NCBI GenBank assembly: GCA_951406725.2
Contig: OX597818.1
Location: 24,800,001-24,864,000 of the forward strand
Reading direction: 5' to 3'
Source: Octopus vulgaris
Lineage: Eukaryota
Length of the DNA stretch: 64,000 nt
The position numbers and the translations under genes are program-made. Under the pieces are notes generated by a model. The model was not told the origin of the DNA and made no database searches. It was given only the letters and a program-made list of their open reading frames with translations. This document shows positions 39,245-52,490 of this stretch, piece by piece; position 1 is the first letter of the stretch; each line of letters starts with the position of its first letter.

Positions 39245-40489
39245 GAAGATTCCACAAAGTTGGAGATCCTTTATGTAAGAGATCAGAGAATCAGCTGTAA
39301 TTTTGGAGGTGGGAAAGTTTTAGGGCTGAATAATGCACAAAGGATTGCGGTCTTACAAGAGTTACACTGTTCAGTTTTGCAAAGTGGGTGGGATTCTCCA
39401 AACATTATTTTTCATCTGAACAGCAGCAGTGTAGTTATGTGTGAGTTACTGGGAGGTGCTGACTGAAGGCATTGAGGGACATGTTTAAAAGAATAGCTTC
39501 AGTCACTTGCTAAGCTGTTTCTTATGGTCAGGAGTGAAACACATATGGAGGGGAACGACTGGAAGAAAGAGAGTACTGTGTAGTATGTGGTGAGTGTTGG
39601 ATAGTTGCAATGAGGTTGGATGACCTTGTAGGTATGATAGGTAGAAATAGAGTTACGGTTTGTCAAAAGTTAGGTCTTTCAAGTGAGAAAGAGATAAGTG
39701 TGTTTGAGGTGTCTGTGTGTCAATTTGGAAAATAAACAGAGGATGACACAAGAGATGTAGAGAGTTGAGAACTGAAAAAGATTTGGCCTTTGGAGAGAGG
39801 TGAAATAAGATATATGAACTTGATGCAGGAGAAAATATGGCCTAAGAGATGCTAATACTTTGAAGAATACAAGAGTGGTAGAAGGAGCAGGTGTATTCTG
39901 GAGAAGACAGAGGGAGACTGATTCAGTAACGAAAAGTCATTATTGCTGAAATCCAAGTGAGAGAGGTGAGTAACAGAGAGTGGAGACTACGTATGCAAAA
40001 AAACATCATTTTTGAAGTTTCAGTACAGTGTAGTTTGAGTGTAGCAGAGATGGATTGTAGATAGGATGAGAAATTTGCCTCAGTCACTCTAGCTGGAAAT
40101 AAGTGCTTGTAAGGTAGGCATTTAGGATAAGAAAAAGAATAACATCCTATTAGCGTTGCCATGATTTTCACCAGAAACCTGATGGGTTAATTTAAATTCT
40201 TTCCATTATATGACTGCCACTTTGAATTATCTTCCATGAAGAACAATTTTACTACAATCAATTATACTCAGTAATTACTATTTGCTCTAAACAAGGATAT
40301 TTCAGATCACTAAATATCATTATACATATTGTATGAATAAAAAAAAATGCTCAAATTTGTATTATCAATACAAAACAGATTCAGCAGCATTCAACCTAAG
40401 CCAATACAAATACATAAAATTAGAATACAATAGTATTTTTCATCATTCAAATTTATTCATCATGCAAATTATTTTGTAAATTCCTCCTA

Positions 40490-41712
40490 TTCATCATTGT
40501 CTTTCAGGCCATAACAGAGATATTTAAAACTTGAAGCCCATGGCAACAACTATATGCTGATGACATTGCTCCCTCAACAGAATTAGAAAAGAAATTCCAG
40601 GTGTGGAAACAGAACCCGGAATTAAAGGGTCTTACAGTTAAATTAGCAAAGACCAAGGTCCTAGTAAGCAAGAAAGTGGACAAGACCCTTCACTCTTCAG
40701 GTAAATGGCCTTACTCAATATACAGAAAGAGTATAAGCAAAATCTTCATTGTGTACCCAGTGCACAAGAGGTGCAGTGGAATTGTAGAAAGGTTAACAGA
40801 GAAAATAGTTTGTATGTGGAAGATGTACAGGAGCCATAAAGACCACAGATACATGGAAAACTGCTTTCCTCATGCCCCAGTGGCTTACTGGACATTATAG
40901 CTAATTTCTGGTACCTAGATGACTTGATTAGCAGGAGGTTGTACAGATAGCGTAACTGTGCGAATAAGAATAGGATGGGGAAAGTTCAGAGAGCTTTTAC
41001 CTATGTTGGCAACCAAAGGTCTCTCTCTCTCTCCATGTGAAGAGAAGACTGTATGATGCATAAGGACTGCAATGCTGCATGGTAGTGGGACATGGGTCCT
41101 AAATGTAGAGGACATGCAAAAACTAGAGAAGAATAAAGCTGATATGCTCTGCAGGATGTGCTATGTCAGAGTATGTGTGTGCCAGAGTAATGGTGTATCA
41201 TGAGAATGGTTAGGCATAAAAGGAATTATATGCAGTGTGAAAGAAAGGAGACTGTGCTGATTTGGTCATGTGATGCAGATGGATGAGGACAGTTGCATAA
41301 TGAAGTATTAATTATTTAGAGTGAAAAGAAGTTGTGGAAAAGGGAGGCCCAGTAAAACACGAGACAGAGTATTGAAGACTTATCTCAAAATGCTGAGTCT
41401 TACAAAGGAGATGACAGGGGACTAAGATATGTGGCAATACTGTACTCAAGAAAACCTGCCCACCACAACAGAACTGATATTCTAAAACAAAAGGTACCAC
41501 ATAAAGAAGCTTTAGAGTGGCTGCTGGTTGCATATAAAAAGCACCCAATACTCTCTGTAAAGTGGTTGGCGTTAGGAAGGGCATCTAGCTGTAGAAACCA
41601 AGCCAAAACAGATTATGGAACCTGGTGCAGCCTCTGACCTTACCAGTTCCTGTTAAACCGTCCAACCCATGCCAGCATGGAAAATGGATGATGATGATGA
41701 TGATAATAATGA
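40490..41712 (+). mobile_element. Decayed RTE LINE (YADD region to tail)
   Basis: CTATATGCTGATGAC (LYADD) near 40551, a PHD relic, and a GAT tail ending about 20 nt from the exon 3 donor. Confidence 0.85.
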
Positions 41713-41731
41713 TATAACAAAACTAATTTAC

Positions 41732-41815
41732 CTTTTCACCTGAGGAATAGAAAAAATATTTCAGTTTTACTATGTTCTGATGTTCCAATTTTCTCATGAT
41801 CTGTAATTCTCGATT
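41732..41815 (-). CDS. GSK3B: GSK3 coding exon 3: [28 protein letters not shown]
   Basis: 84 nt, tatag|AAT ... AAG|gtaaat, phase 0/0; matches the GSK3 alphaC region. Confidence 0.97.
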
Positions 41816-42984
41816 CTATAAAGAGAAAAAGAAAAAAGAATTTTTATTTTATTTTTTTGGCTTACTATTGAGATAAAGATGTGGGGGTGTGAGTACAAAG
41901 AAAAGATGGGAAGGGGAAGCGATAAGCAGGAGAGAGAGGTCAGGGGTACATTTAATAATAATAAAAATTAAAATGAAAATAGAATTTTAATATTTTTCAG
42001 CTTCTCTTTTGATTAGTTTTTTTTTATTAAAAAGGAATAATGCGATATAGTTCAGCATTATATTTGATAATAATTGTTTCTAGCATAAGCACAAGGACAG
42101 ACATTTTTGGAAAAGGGTTAGTCACAATACTTAACAGTAACTTTATCGTATTGAATACCAGATGGATGGAAGGGAAAATTAACCATGGTTAATTTGAACT
42201 TGAAACATAAAGTGACTGTAACTAAATGCCACAAGGCATCTTTTCCATTTGTTCTTATGAGTCTGCCAACTCATTGCCTTAAACATTTTTTTTAAAGTTT
42301 GCCTAGAAGAAAGGGCTGTGCTTTTGGTCTTTCCAAGCTGTCTTAGATTGGTGAGATTGATTTTGGTAATGTTCCATTTAAACTATTGCAATGAAAGAAT
42401 CCAGAGGGCCAATTTTCACAGAAGAAAGGACTAGGTGAAAGGGCTGTGGGAAGCCAGTGTGGTCTGGCAAAAATTGTATGATGGAAGAAGAGAAGAGCAA
42501 CTTGAAAGCAAAAGCCTCATTTTCTTTTTTCAAATTAAAGATCAAACAGAACGTTTTGAACACATTTGTGATTATCATATAGTAAATTCAAATATCCAAA
42601 TAGTAATATTCAAATAGTAAATTCAAATATCCAAATCACTACCTTTAACACCTTAAAGTGTGTAGTAAAATCTGAAAGTTTTAACATGATTTCATCCTAA
42701 TTTAACAAAGAGTACAAATGACAGAAAAGCAGTTGACTGAAACCTTAACTATGTTCACTTTAATGTTTGTTATTCCTTTTGCTTTTGAATTGGCCATGTA
42801 AGAAAAACAAAAGTCAGTTACATGTATAAGTTTTTATCCAACACTGAACACAAAATATATCAAACTTCACAAATTATAGGCATGATTAAAGCTCCCTTCG
42901 TTTTGGAACTAGAATGTTGAGAGTTGAAAGATTTATATTTATTTGGAATAAGTTTAAGAAAAATAATGAGACAAAAAACACATG

Positions 42985-45160
42985 GAAATCAAATTGTTGG
43001 ATCAGGTGATGAAAATTACAGAGAGAGAGTCATAACCCAACTAATTAGAGAGAGAGAGTTAGCTTAGATGAGATGCAGTTTGGTTTTGTGCCAGGGAGAA
43101 GCACCACTGATGTTATATTTCTGCTAAGGCAACTGTAGGATAAATACATAGCCAAAGATAAACCTCTGCACTTGGCCTTTGTTAACTTGGAGAAAAACTT
43201 TGATCCTTTATCTGGTGGTCAAAGCAGAAACTAGGGATAGAAGTGTGGTTGGTGAGAGCTGTACAAGCAATGTACAGGGATGCTACTAGTAAGGGTTGGC
43301 AATGAGTACAGTGAAGAATTCAGGGTACAAGTAGGGGTTCACCAAGGATCGGTGCTCAGTCCCCTCTTGTTCATCATAGTCCTCCAGGCAATAACAGAGT
43401 AATTTAAGACAGGCTGCCCCTGGGAGCTCCTCTATGCCAATAACCTTGCTTTTATTGATGAATCATAACCAGAACTAGAGAAGTTCCAGGTATGGAAGCA
43501 AGGTCTAGAATCGAAGAGCCTTAGAATTAACCTAGCAAAAACCAAAGTTTTAGTAATTAGGAAGACAGACAAATCATGAATCCCTTCAGGTAAATGGCCC
43601 TGCTTGATCTGTAGAAAAGGTGTAGGTAGAGACTCCTCCATATGATGTAAGCTTTGGACACATAAAAGGTGCAGCAATATCAGAGGAAGGTTAACAGGGA
43701 AAATAGCTTTTGTATATGGAAGATGCACAGGTATCAACTGCCAGGGGAGCAAGCTAGGGGTAGTAGATAGCTTTCGTTATTTACGTGACCAAAATAGTAG
43801 TGAAGGTGGATGCTCTGAAAGCGTAGCTGTGAGAATAAGATTAGGCTGGGCAAAGTTCAGAGAGCTCCTACCTCTGCTGGCAACAAAAGGCCTCTTTCTC
43901 AGAGTGAAAGGCAGATTATATGATGCCTGTGTGTGAACAGCTATGCTACATGGCAGTGAAACATGGGCTGTGACAGCTGAGAATATGTATAGGTTTGAAA
44001 GAAATGAAGCCAGTATTTTTTGCTGGATGTGCAATGTCAGTGTGCATGCATCTTGAGAGAAAAGAGCACTTGTGCTGGTGGCATGTGAAACATTCAAGCG
44101 AGGTCGTCACCAGTGCCGCTGGACTGGCTCCTGTACAGGTGGCATGTAAAAAGCACCATTTGGATGTGGCCACTGCCAGTACCACCAAACTGGGCCTCGT
44201 GCCGGTGGCACGTAAAAGCACCCACTACACTCTCGGAGTGGTTGGTGTTAGGAAGGGCATCCAGCTGTAGAAACTCTGCCAGATCAGATTGGAGTCTGGT
44301 TCACCAGACCTCAGTCAAATCGTCCAACCCATGCTAGCATGGAAAGCAGATGTTAAATGATGATGATGATGAAAAGGCATCAAATGTGGTGTGCAAGAGA
44401 GACGACTGCGCTGGTATAGTCATGTGATGTGTATGGACGAGTGCAGCTGTGTAAAGAAGTGCTGATCTCTGTGGAGGGAACCTGTGGTAGAAGTAGACCC
44501 AGGAAGACATGGGATGAGGTAGTGAAGCATGATCTTCAAACTTTGAGCTTCACAGTGGCAATGACTAGTGACCGAGACCTTCAGCGATATGCTGTGCTTG
44601 AGAAGACGCATCAAGCCAAGTGAAATCATAGCCATGGCCAATGTTGGTGTCACATAACTGGTACCTTTCAAGCTTTGGGCCTCACGGTGGCAAAGTGGCT
44701 GAGTTCCTTTCAAGCGTTAGGCCTCACAGAGTGGCTGAGTTCCTTCACAGAGGCAAAGAGGCTGAGTTCCTTTCAAACGTTGGGCCTCACAGAGGTAAAG
44801 TGGCTGAGTTCCTTTCAAGCATTGGGCCTCAGGGAAGCAAAGTGGCTGAGTTCCTTTTGAGCGTTGGGCTTCACAGAGGCAACGACCAAGACCTTTGGTA
44901 TTAAATTGTGCTTGAGAAGAAGACTCATCAAGCCAAGCAAAATCAGTTGTGACAGATACTGGTGTCACGCAAATGGCTTGTAAAAGCACCCATTACACTC
45001 TCAGAGTGGTTGGCATCAGGAAGGGCATCCAGCCATAGAAAATCATACTAAATCAGACTGGAGTCTGGTGCAGCCTTCTAGCTTACCAGCCCTGGTCAAA
45101 CTGTCCAACCATGGACAGCATAGACAACAGACGTTAAATGATGGTGATGGTGATGATGAA
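42985..45160 (+). mobile_element. Decayed RTE LINE with a nested RTE 3' UTR insertion (about 44066-44372) and a ~39-bp tandem repeat (44660-44880)
   Basis: Collinear with 60475-61896 but with stops and frameshifts; repeated AAAGTGGCTGAGTTCCTTTCAAGCGTTGGGCCTCACAGAGGC. Confidence 0.88.
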
Positions 45161-46936
45161 ACCATTGGTTTCCGTTAGATGAATCTCAGAAAGGTCAGAT
45201 GCCAGATGACTTGAGAAATTCCTAAGAAGGAATATTAGTCAAAACGCTATTTGTTTTTGATAAAATCTTAAAATAGTAACTGTAAACAAAGACTATTATG
45301 GTATGATTATGTGCCTGACAAAAACTCCTGCCAAAAAAAAAAAAAAAAAACCCCAATGGAAAGTGGTCAAGCCTGATACATTAAATTCAAAAGAAACCAA
45401 AATATAAGATACTTTAAAAAATTGCCAAAATAGCAATATAATCTTCTACATTAATTTGTTATTTTAATAAGCCAGTTACCACCTTGATCAACTGCTTCAT
45501 GAGTAAGTTTTAAAACTGCTAAACCAAATGAAATGGGTGGTTATGAAGGTAATAGTTAGGCTAGAGCAGAAAAGAAACCACATGAATTCTAGGTTTCAAT
45601 TAAAGCACTGGATAATATAAAAACTTTGGTGTGTAATAAAAATTATATGATGGTAACCAAGTCTGACAAAAATGCAGATAATTCTGTTTAAACCCTGGCA
45701 GTTTAAGATAATGTATGAACTACTGAAGAATTTTGCTGATAGTAGGTCAATAATGAATATATAAATGGAGACCGCATGAAACAACAGAAGAATTACTAAT
45801 GAAAAAAAAAAAAAGGAAACTATACAATACTACAAATTCGATCAAAATATGCTATTACAAAATACAAAGACAAAAAGCAAACCTTATGATGATGTTGTTT
45901 ATCCCAGGTCAGCCAGGACAGACCTACCATCAAAAGACAGCCTAGTCATGACCCTCACATCTTTTATCATTACCTGATAGTTTTTTGGCAGGCAAGGAGT
46001 TGACTTAGCAAGAAGAGTGAGGGCAACATTTACAACCATTTGGGGGCTCTAAGGTCAGTGGAAAAAAAAGAACCAAGACTCATGGGTTATCTTTAGGCAG
46101 GAGACTTGGTCCAAATTCTTGTAGCAAACTAGACTTTGCTGAAGATGATGGTGTCAAACTAGGCACTGGATTATGTCTACCATTCAAGAAATGGTACAGT
46201 TCATTCAATAAGTTTCTGCATAAATTGCATATACATATTTTCCCTTACAAGACTTGGATTGATTTAAACTTATGGGAGAAGATAGTTGTCCAAAAGATTA
46301 CAGTGGGATCAAACCTAGACTCATGTGATTCTAAGCAAACTTTTTAATCCTGGGCCATGCCCGTGACCAGTGCAAATTGAGAAGTATATTTTTCACAAGT
46401 TGGATGATCACATACAACTATATGTATTAAACAAGTACTAACCTGTTTAGGATATCCTCAAATTTTAGTATAACTAAACAATTTACAAAATGTTCACAAA
46501 TGGGATGAATATATTAAGTTCTACTGTTGAACTGATGCCAAATATGACTAAATGTCCTTAAATTAAAAGGTATAAGTGAAAAAAGAAAATCTTTTAATGA
46601 GCTGAAGAGTTTATTTACGTTCATATATTTTCTTAAACAACTTGGGTTTAGTCATAACAATAAGATTTAATCAAAAGATTTGATTAAAAGTCACATGGTA
46701 TATAAGTTACAGAACAATGTCAAGATGTTTTGTTACTATTCTATTGTCAAAAATAATCATTCTAATGTTACCTAATTACAACATAATTTGACCTTTTCTG
46801 ATACATAGACACCATGTTAATTATAACATTTTTCTTTTCCAGTGACCTTCTGTAAAAAAAAAAAAAAAATTAATGCTAACCAATCTTAAAGGGTATGGTG
46901 ACAGTACTATAATAAATTTACTGTAATCTGTTTACC

Positions 46937-46987
<51 letters not shown>

Positions 46988-49115
46988 CATACACATACAC
47001 ACACATTACTGTTAATCTTGACTTCTAAATAGAAATTATCATCAATGAGAATAAATTTTTCATGAAAATTAAAAGAATATCTAATTAAAACTAAATCCTT
47101 TACAAAATCAATTAGTATAGTCTTCTAATGGGATGAATATTTCATTAAAAGGTTTCAGAAATGTTCAATGAGACATTAAAAGATATAAAATGGATAGAAA
47201 AATACTATTAGTCACAATAAGAAAGACAGGAGAAGCAAAAAGCATAAAATCACTCTTAAATGGAGTTGAAATCTTGCAACTTTTTATAAAATCTCTCTAA
47301 AATGGTTGACAATTACCAGTGGACAAAAATTTCAATGAACATTAGTTACTAATGTATATCTGTATGTCACAATAGACAAATTGAAATTCCAGGTCAGCAA
47401 GAGGATATGTTCAAACATATTTTGGTGTGACAAAGCATATCTTTCCAAAGACTTTTGACCCAACATTTTAGTCAATTTAATGAAATGGCCTACATTTCTT
47501 TGACTCTAGTGATTTAGAATTCTGTACTTCATTGGGAATTAGGTGTCATACTTCATATGTATATTCAAAAGGAGTCTAATAGTACATGTTTACAAGAGTC
47601 ACTCAAATTCATTTGCAGGAAGCTTTCACCTGATTTGTTTTTAATTATTCTAGTGATGAGCATTTTCCAGTGAAGTTTATGACCAAAGAGGGTGAATAAA
47701 TACTGTTGTTTACTAAATGAATGTGATAGTAAAAAGACTTGAAGGAATGAACTGCAAGTAAGTCTTTATGTTAAGGTAGGAAATGCATTTTATAAATACT
47801 AGTAAAATTTAATTCAACTGCAAGTAGAAAAGAGAGATGTTCATTGACTAGAAAATGATTTTGGATTTTTAATGGCTGAGACATGGTTAAAGATAAAAAT
47901 AAAAAGGCTGTGTCACATGATCCAAAAGTATGTTATGTGTATATAATAACACTTGTAGGCTTTCAAATCTAGTTAGATGCGCAAGAAGTTTGAAGTGATA
48001 AAAAAGCAGTTCAAGAATACAGTATCTGAAGGTAACATGGTGACTAGCATGTAATCAAGACCAACAGATTTTAAATATTAAGGAAAATGATGATGCATAG
48101 TAAAGAAAACAAGTGATTTTCTATTGTCTTCTGCAATCCACAAAAGAATATTTGAACTGAGTGCAGCACATTATTAAACTCGTTAATTATAGAATGCCCA
48201 ACTGCTTGCAGTATCTGTTAACAGCTTTATGAATTGAAACAGTGAAAATTATACGCTGCTGTCAATTACATAGCAAAGTAAATTATTTCATAATTATTAG
48301 AGCCTGAGTAAAGTGGGTTCTAATAAATATTTGAGCTGTGGGTGCAGATTTTGATGGTAGTAGTAGCAAATACTTGAAAATATTATTTTATACAATTTCT
48401 TTTCACACGTTTCTGCTTGATAATTTTATCTAATGGAAAGAAACGACCATACCATAAATAAAATTAAATTTCAAGTATTGTTTCAGATATTAGTTCCTTA
48501 AATGATTTTAAGACAATCTTTTGTTCATTGTCAACACATCTACATTTTGGTGGTTGATTAGAAATCTTTCTCTGAAGATACTTTTACAAGCAACAAAAAC
48601 CCCAAAAGAAAAATACACAGATGAATGAATGCCACAAATGTTTAACAGGGAACCCTACTTAAATACCTGTAATAGCATTCATCTTCCATACAAACTTGTA
48701 TATTTTAGAGAAGATGCAAAAGCAAACCAACATTTTAAAGGTGTCACAGACTTTTCTTGTTACTGATTGAATAGTAATACAAGTGAACTGATAACCAAAT
48801 GTGAAATGACAAATTAAAAAGAAACCAACAAGACTATAAATATCAATTTTTAATGTAATATATATATATATATATATATATACTGATAAATCTCAGAGCG
48901 AGTTATAAACTCGGGTACGTGTGTATCATGTGTTGAAGACGGGGAGGATGACTCCCCTTCACAAATACTGACAGGACACAGATAGTGTGTCTATAGCCAG
49001 CGGGAGGAGGTGTCTTCCTGGGGCTACAAACTACAGTAGCATCCACCCTTTTGGGTTAGCCATATTCAAATGGCATATATACATCACGTTATATATATAT
49101 ATATATATATATATA

Positions 49116-49525
49116 GGCACAGGAGTGGCTGTGTGGTAAGTAGCTAGCTAACCAACCACATGGTTCCGGGTTCAGTCCCACTGCATGGCATCTTGGGTAA
49201 GTGTCTTCTGCTATAGCCCCGGACCGACCAATGCCTTGTGAGTGAATTTGGTAGACAGAAACTGAAAGAAGCCTGTCGTATATATGTATATATATGTGTG
49301 TGTATGTGTTTGTGTGTCTGTGTTTGTCCCCCTAGCATTGCTTGACAACCAATGCTGGTGTGTTTACGTCCCCATCACTTAGCGGTTCGGCAAAAGAGAC
49401 TGATAGAATAAGTACTGGGCTTACAAAGAATAAGTCCCGGGGTCGATTTGCTCGACTAAAAGGCGATGCTCCAGCATGGCCGCAGTCAAATGACTGAAAC
49501 AAGTAAAAGAGTAAAGAGTAAGAGT
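49116..49525 (+). mobile_element. Full-length tRNA-derived SINE
   Basis: A box TGGCTGTGTGG, B box GGTTCAGTCCC, internal TA/TG microsatellite, AGAATAAGTAC core and GTAAAGA-type tail repeats. Confidence 0.88.
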
Positions 49526-49595
49526 ATATATATATATTATGGACATGTACTTGCATAGCAAGCGAATGATTTGAGATCACGTGCTAGAACGAAAA

Positions 49596-49806
49596 CGATT
49601 GCAGCGTGGAAGGTGTTTATAATCCATTTAAGAAGCACACAAAAAACGTTAGATACACTTCAACTTTAAATTTAATTTGTCAGTAAACAGGTTGCGGTCT
49701 CAAAGCGACGAAAATATTTTGACAAATTAAATTTAAAGTTGAAGTGTATCTAACGTTTTTTGTGTGTTTCTTCAATGGATTATAAACACCTTCCATGCTG
49801 CAATTG
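49596..49806. repeat. Long inverted repeat: 87-bp arms, 37-bp spacer, 4 mismatches
   Basis: 49596-49682 is the reverse complement of 49720-49806. Confidence 0.95.
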
Positions 49807-49829
49807 TATATATATATGCATGTGTGTGT

Positions 49830-50165
49830 TGAAATTCCTATTCAAAGAAGGAGAGAGGTTCACAATTAAAAGCAACTTCACTTGTGCCTCCAAGAATCTA
49901 ATTTATGTTATAACTTGTTCATTTGTGGACATAACTAAACAAGACAGACACATATGGCACATAGACAGAGAACCACACAACATAAGAACACATTCATTTA
50001 CCACAATAGACAGATTCCTTCAAGTGAACACAGAGAGATGTACAAGTAATATCCAACCAAATTTCACAGTTTTCGTCATCTACCAGTGCAAAGAAACAAT
50101 TTCTGTACAAGATTTAAATAAAGAAAATCTATTTATCGAAATATACAGAACACGCCTAATATGAA
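49830..50165 (+). mobile_element. Penelope-like element GIY-YIG endonuclease relic
   Basis: FLFKEGERFTIKSNFTCASKNLIYVITC in ORF 49760..50164 resembles the PLE linker and the first GIY-YIG strand. Confidence 0.72.
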
Positions 50166-50271
50166 TGCATAACTAACTTTGATCTCAGTATATTGGCTGA
50201 TTTTGGCAATTTGTTTAAATTAAAAACCATAGGAGGAGCCTTTATGGTAAAAAAAAAAACCCCAAAAAAAC

Positions 50272-50863
50272 TAAATATTTTCAGAGGAAAAGGTGAACAA
50301 TTCAAGGGAGGTTTGGTTATTGTTTCTACAACAGCCCAAACCACCCTCTGTTTTCACTCTCACATGTATTGATGTTTTTTCAATATTTTTCTCCCATTAA
50401 ACACATTTTATAGAATGATGATACTGAAGTAACATAGACATGGTCCATTGGTGGGATATAAGCAAGAAAAACAAATTGTAATCAAAATTTTTACCCCTAC
50501 CTCAATCAAGCAAAGCCATTTGTGTGTTTAAGAAAAAACATTTTCTAACAGAAAAGTATGCTATTAAAATGAATTACCATTTACATAACTTATTGTGAAT
50601 AAATGCCAGCAATGACCTTCTCAGGCTCTCCAATATTTTAATTTATAAACAGAAACAATCGGGGCAGGGAATGGGGTTGCGAAAAATTCGTAATTTTTCA
50701 AATTTTCTTTTCTTTAGCATTAAATGTATTTATGGGGAGCAAAATATTGAAAAACATCAATACATGCAAGAGTGTTAAAGAAACATGGAGGGTTGTCTTG
50801 GGATGTGCTAGAAACAACAGCCAAATCTCCCTTAAATCACTCACTTTTCCCTCTGAAAATATT
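50272..50863. repeat. Degenerate fold-back / MITE-like inverted repeat with arms of about 140 bp
   Basis: 50272-50410 pairs imperfectly with 50720-50863 (AATATTTTCAGAGG / CCTCTGAAAATATT; CATGTATTGATGTTTTT / AAAAACATCAATACATG). Confidence 0.75.
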
Positions 50864-51215
50864 AATATATTTTTTTTTACCAAGTACAACAAAAATTGGC
50901 CAAAATAGGTCCAGAGTGGGATGATGAGGGAGGGGGTGTAAAAAAAGAATTAAAAAAACTTTTTGCATATAAAGATGGTCCCCCCACCCCAGTCTGAACA
51001 GATTAGTTCCAACTTCTTTGATCTTCCTAATCCGAAACTCCTCTCCCTAACCCTTGGAAAAAAATTTTTCCCCACAAATTTGTTTATATTCGTAATCTAA
51101 AAGTTATGAGGGAAAAAGTCAGATCATGTGAATATTCCCAAACTCCTCTCTCCACCCCCTTGGAAAAATCATTTCCCATAAATCCCTATATACTCTGAAG
51201 CCACAGCATTTAAGC

Positions 51216-51730
51216 CAACGGGTTGGAAACCCCTGCCTGTGGGCACAATTGTGCCCGCGAGCCCATTTTATAGTGCCCGCAGGTTGTTATACTCATATGT
51301 ACAAAATATAGTAAACTTTTCAATCATAAAATTTATACAATATTTGTATGCCTATTTGCAACAAAGGTCGTGTTTCCATTAGGACTTAAAATGGTCAGAC
51401 ACAAACAAAAGTTGCCACTTGAATAGAAACTTTGTTTTCACTATAAAACACATTGCTATGTTTGTACCACCTCCTTGAGACCCAACTACACTAGCTGAAA
51501 AGTATAGAATACCTCATAGGTAATATAAACATCCAAAATTCAGTGGCAGCATTAATAAAGATGCTATGCATTAATTTAATGAGTTAAACTTACCTTTATT
51601 AATGTATATCATATTATACAGCGATATATACAAGATTTACACACATATAAGAGTTAGCAATTGTGATCCGCCCATGGAAGATTTTCTTAGGAAACTTTTG
51701 ACCGCCGACCAAACTGTTTCTCTATCCCTG
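51216..51730. mobile_element. hAT (Charlie/Buster-like) MITE, decayed
   Basis: Subterminal TGCCCGC repeats, palindrome GGGCACAATTGTGCCC, right end ...TATCCCTG, imperfect 8-bp TSD atttaagc/atctaaat. Confidence 0.55.
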
Positions 51731-52246
51731 ATCTAAATGGTATTCGTAGAAAATTTTGTTACAAAGGATCTATTTTTCTGGATGTTCCGAGGAAACACAA
51801 TTGGGAGAATATACATCTGTAGTTATGCCCTTTTATTTATGCGATTTTTTCATTTCACTCATTGTTTACAATGGTTCCCCACTCTCACACATACACACAC
51901 TGCAAAGCTTAAAGATGGTCTGCTGAATAGGAACCTCTATGTTGCCTTCAGGGGAAGGTAAAATTTGACACACTGCTTCTCCCTCAGTTGCAAGACTACC
52001 GTGATGTTTGTTTAAAAAAGAGAGATTATGACTGATTATATAATGAAAGTAATATATACTAAGTAAGTGAGCACTATTATACAAAGAAATAACTAGACAT
52101 AAAAAATCCTAAAAATTATTACAATTGGGAATCCAATCTGAAAATATCAATTGGCTAGCAGGAAACTGCACAGCAGGTGGCTATTCAGCAGAGAGAGAGA
52201 GAGAGAGAGTGTGTGTGTGTGTAGGCATATATATATATATATATAT

Positions 52247-52289
<43 letters not shown>

Positions 52290-52490
52290 TGTATATATAT
52301 ATATATATATATTTTTATATTATTAATATCAGGAAATCAATATTAGAACATTCTTCAGAAAGATATACACATGTGTAAAATAATTGTTGTATTAAAATTA
52401 TAAATATGTATAAAAATATATGTAAATATGTATAAGTATAAATATATAATGTATATGACAGTTTAAAAGTTTTGAATTAAGTTTTTAAAG

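Larger units (their letters stand above)
37700..40000 (-). mobile_element. Decayed CR1/L2/Jockey-like LINE (RT plus probable endonuclease relic)
   Basis: Minus-strand relics PILKKGNHSDPTN, KSTRDLLS, LLLKLP...DGALSAPLSINIGMLQSS and NVHSYADNS (about 38051-38077); boundaries approximate. Confidence 0.75.

Noticed and set aside
49116-49190. tRNA gene
   Set aside because: The A/B boxes continue into a SINE body and tail, and no complete cloverleaf is seen.
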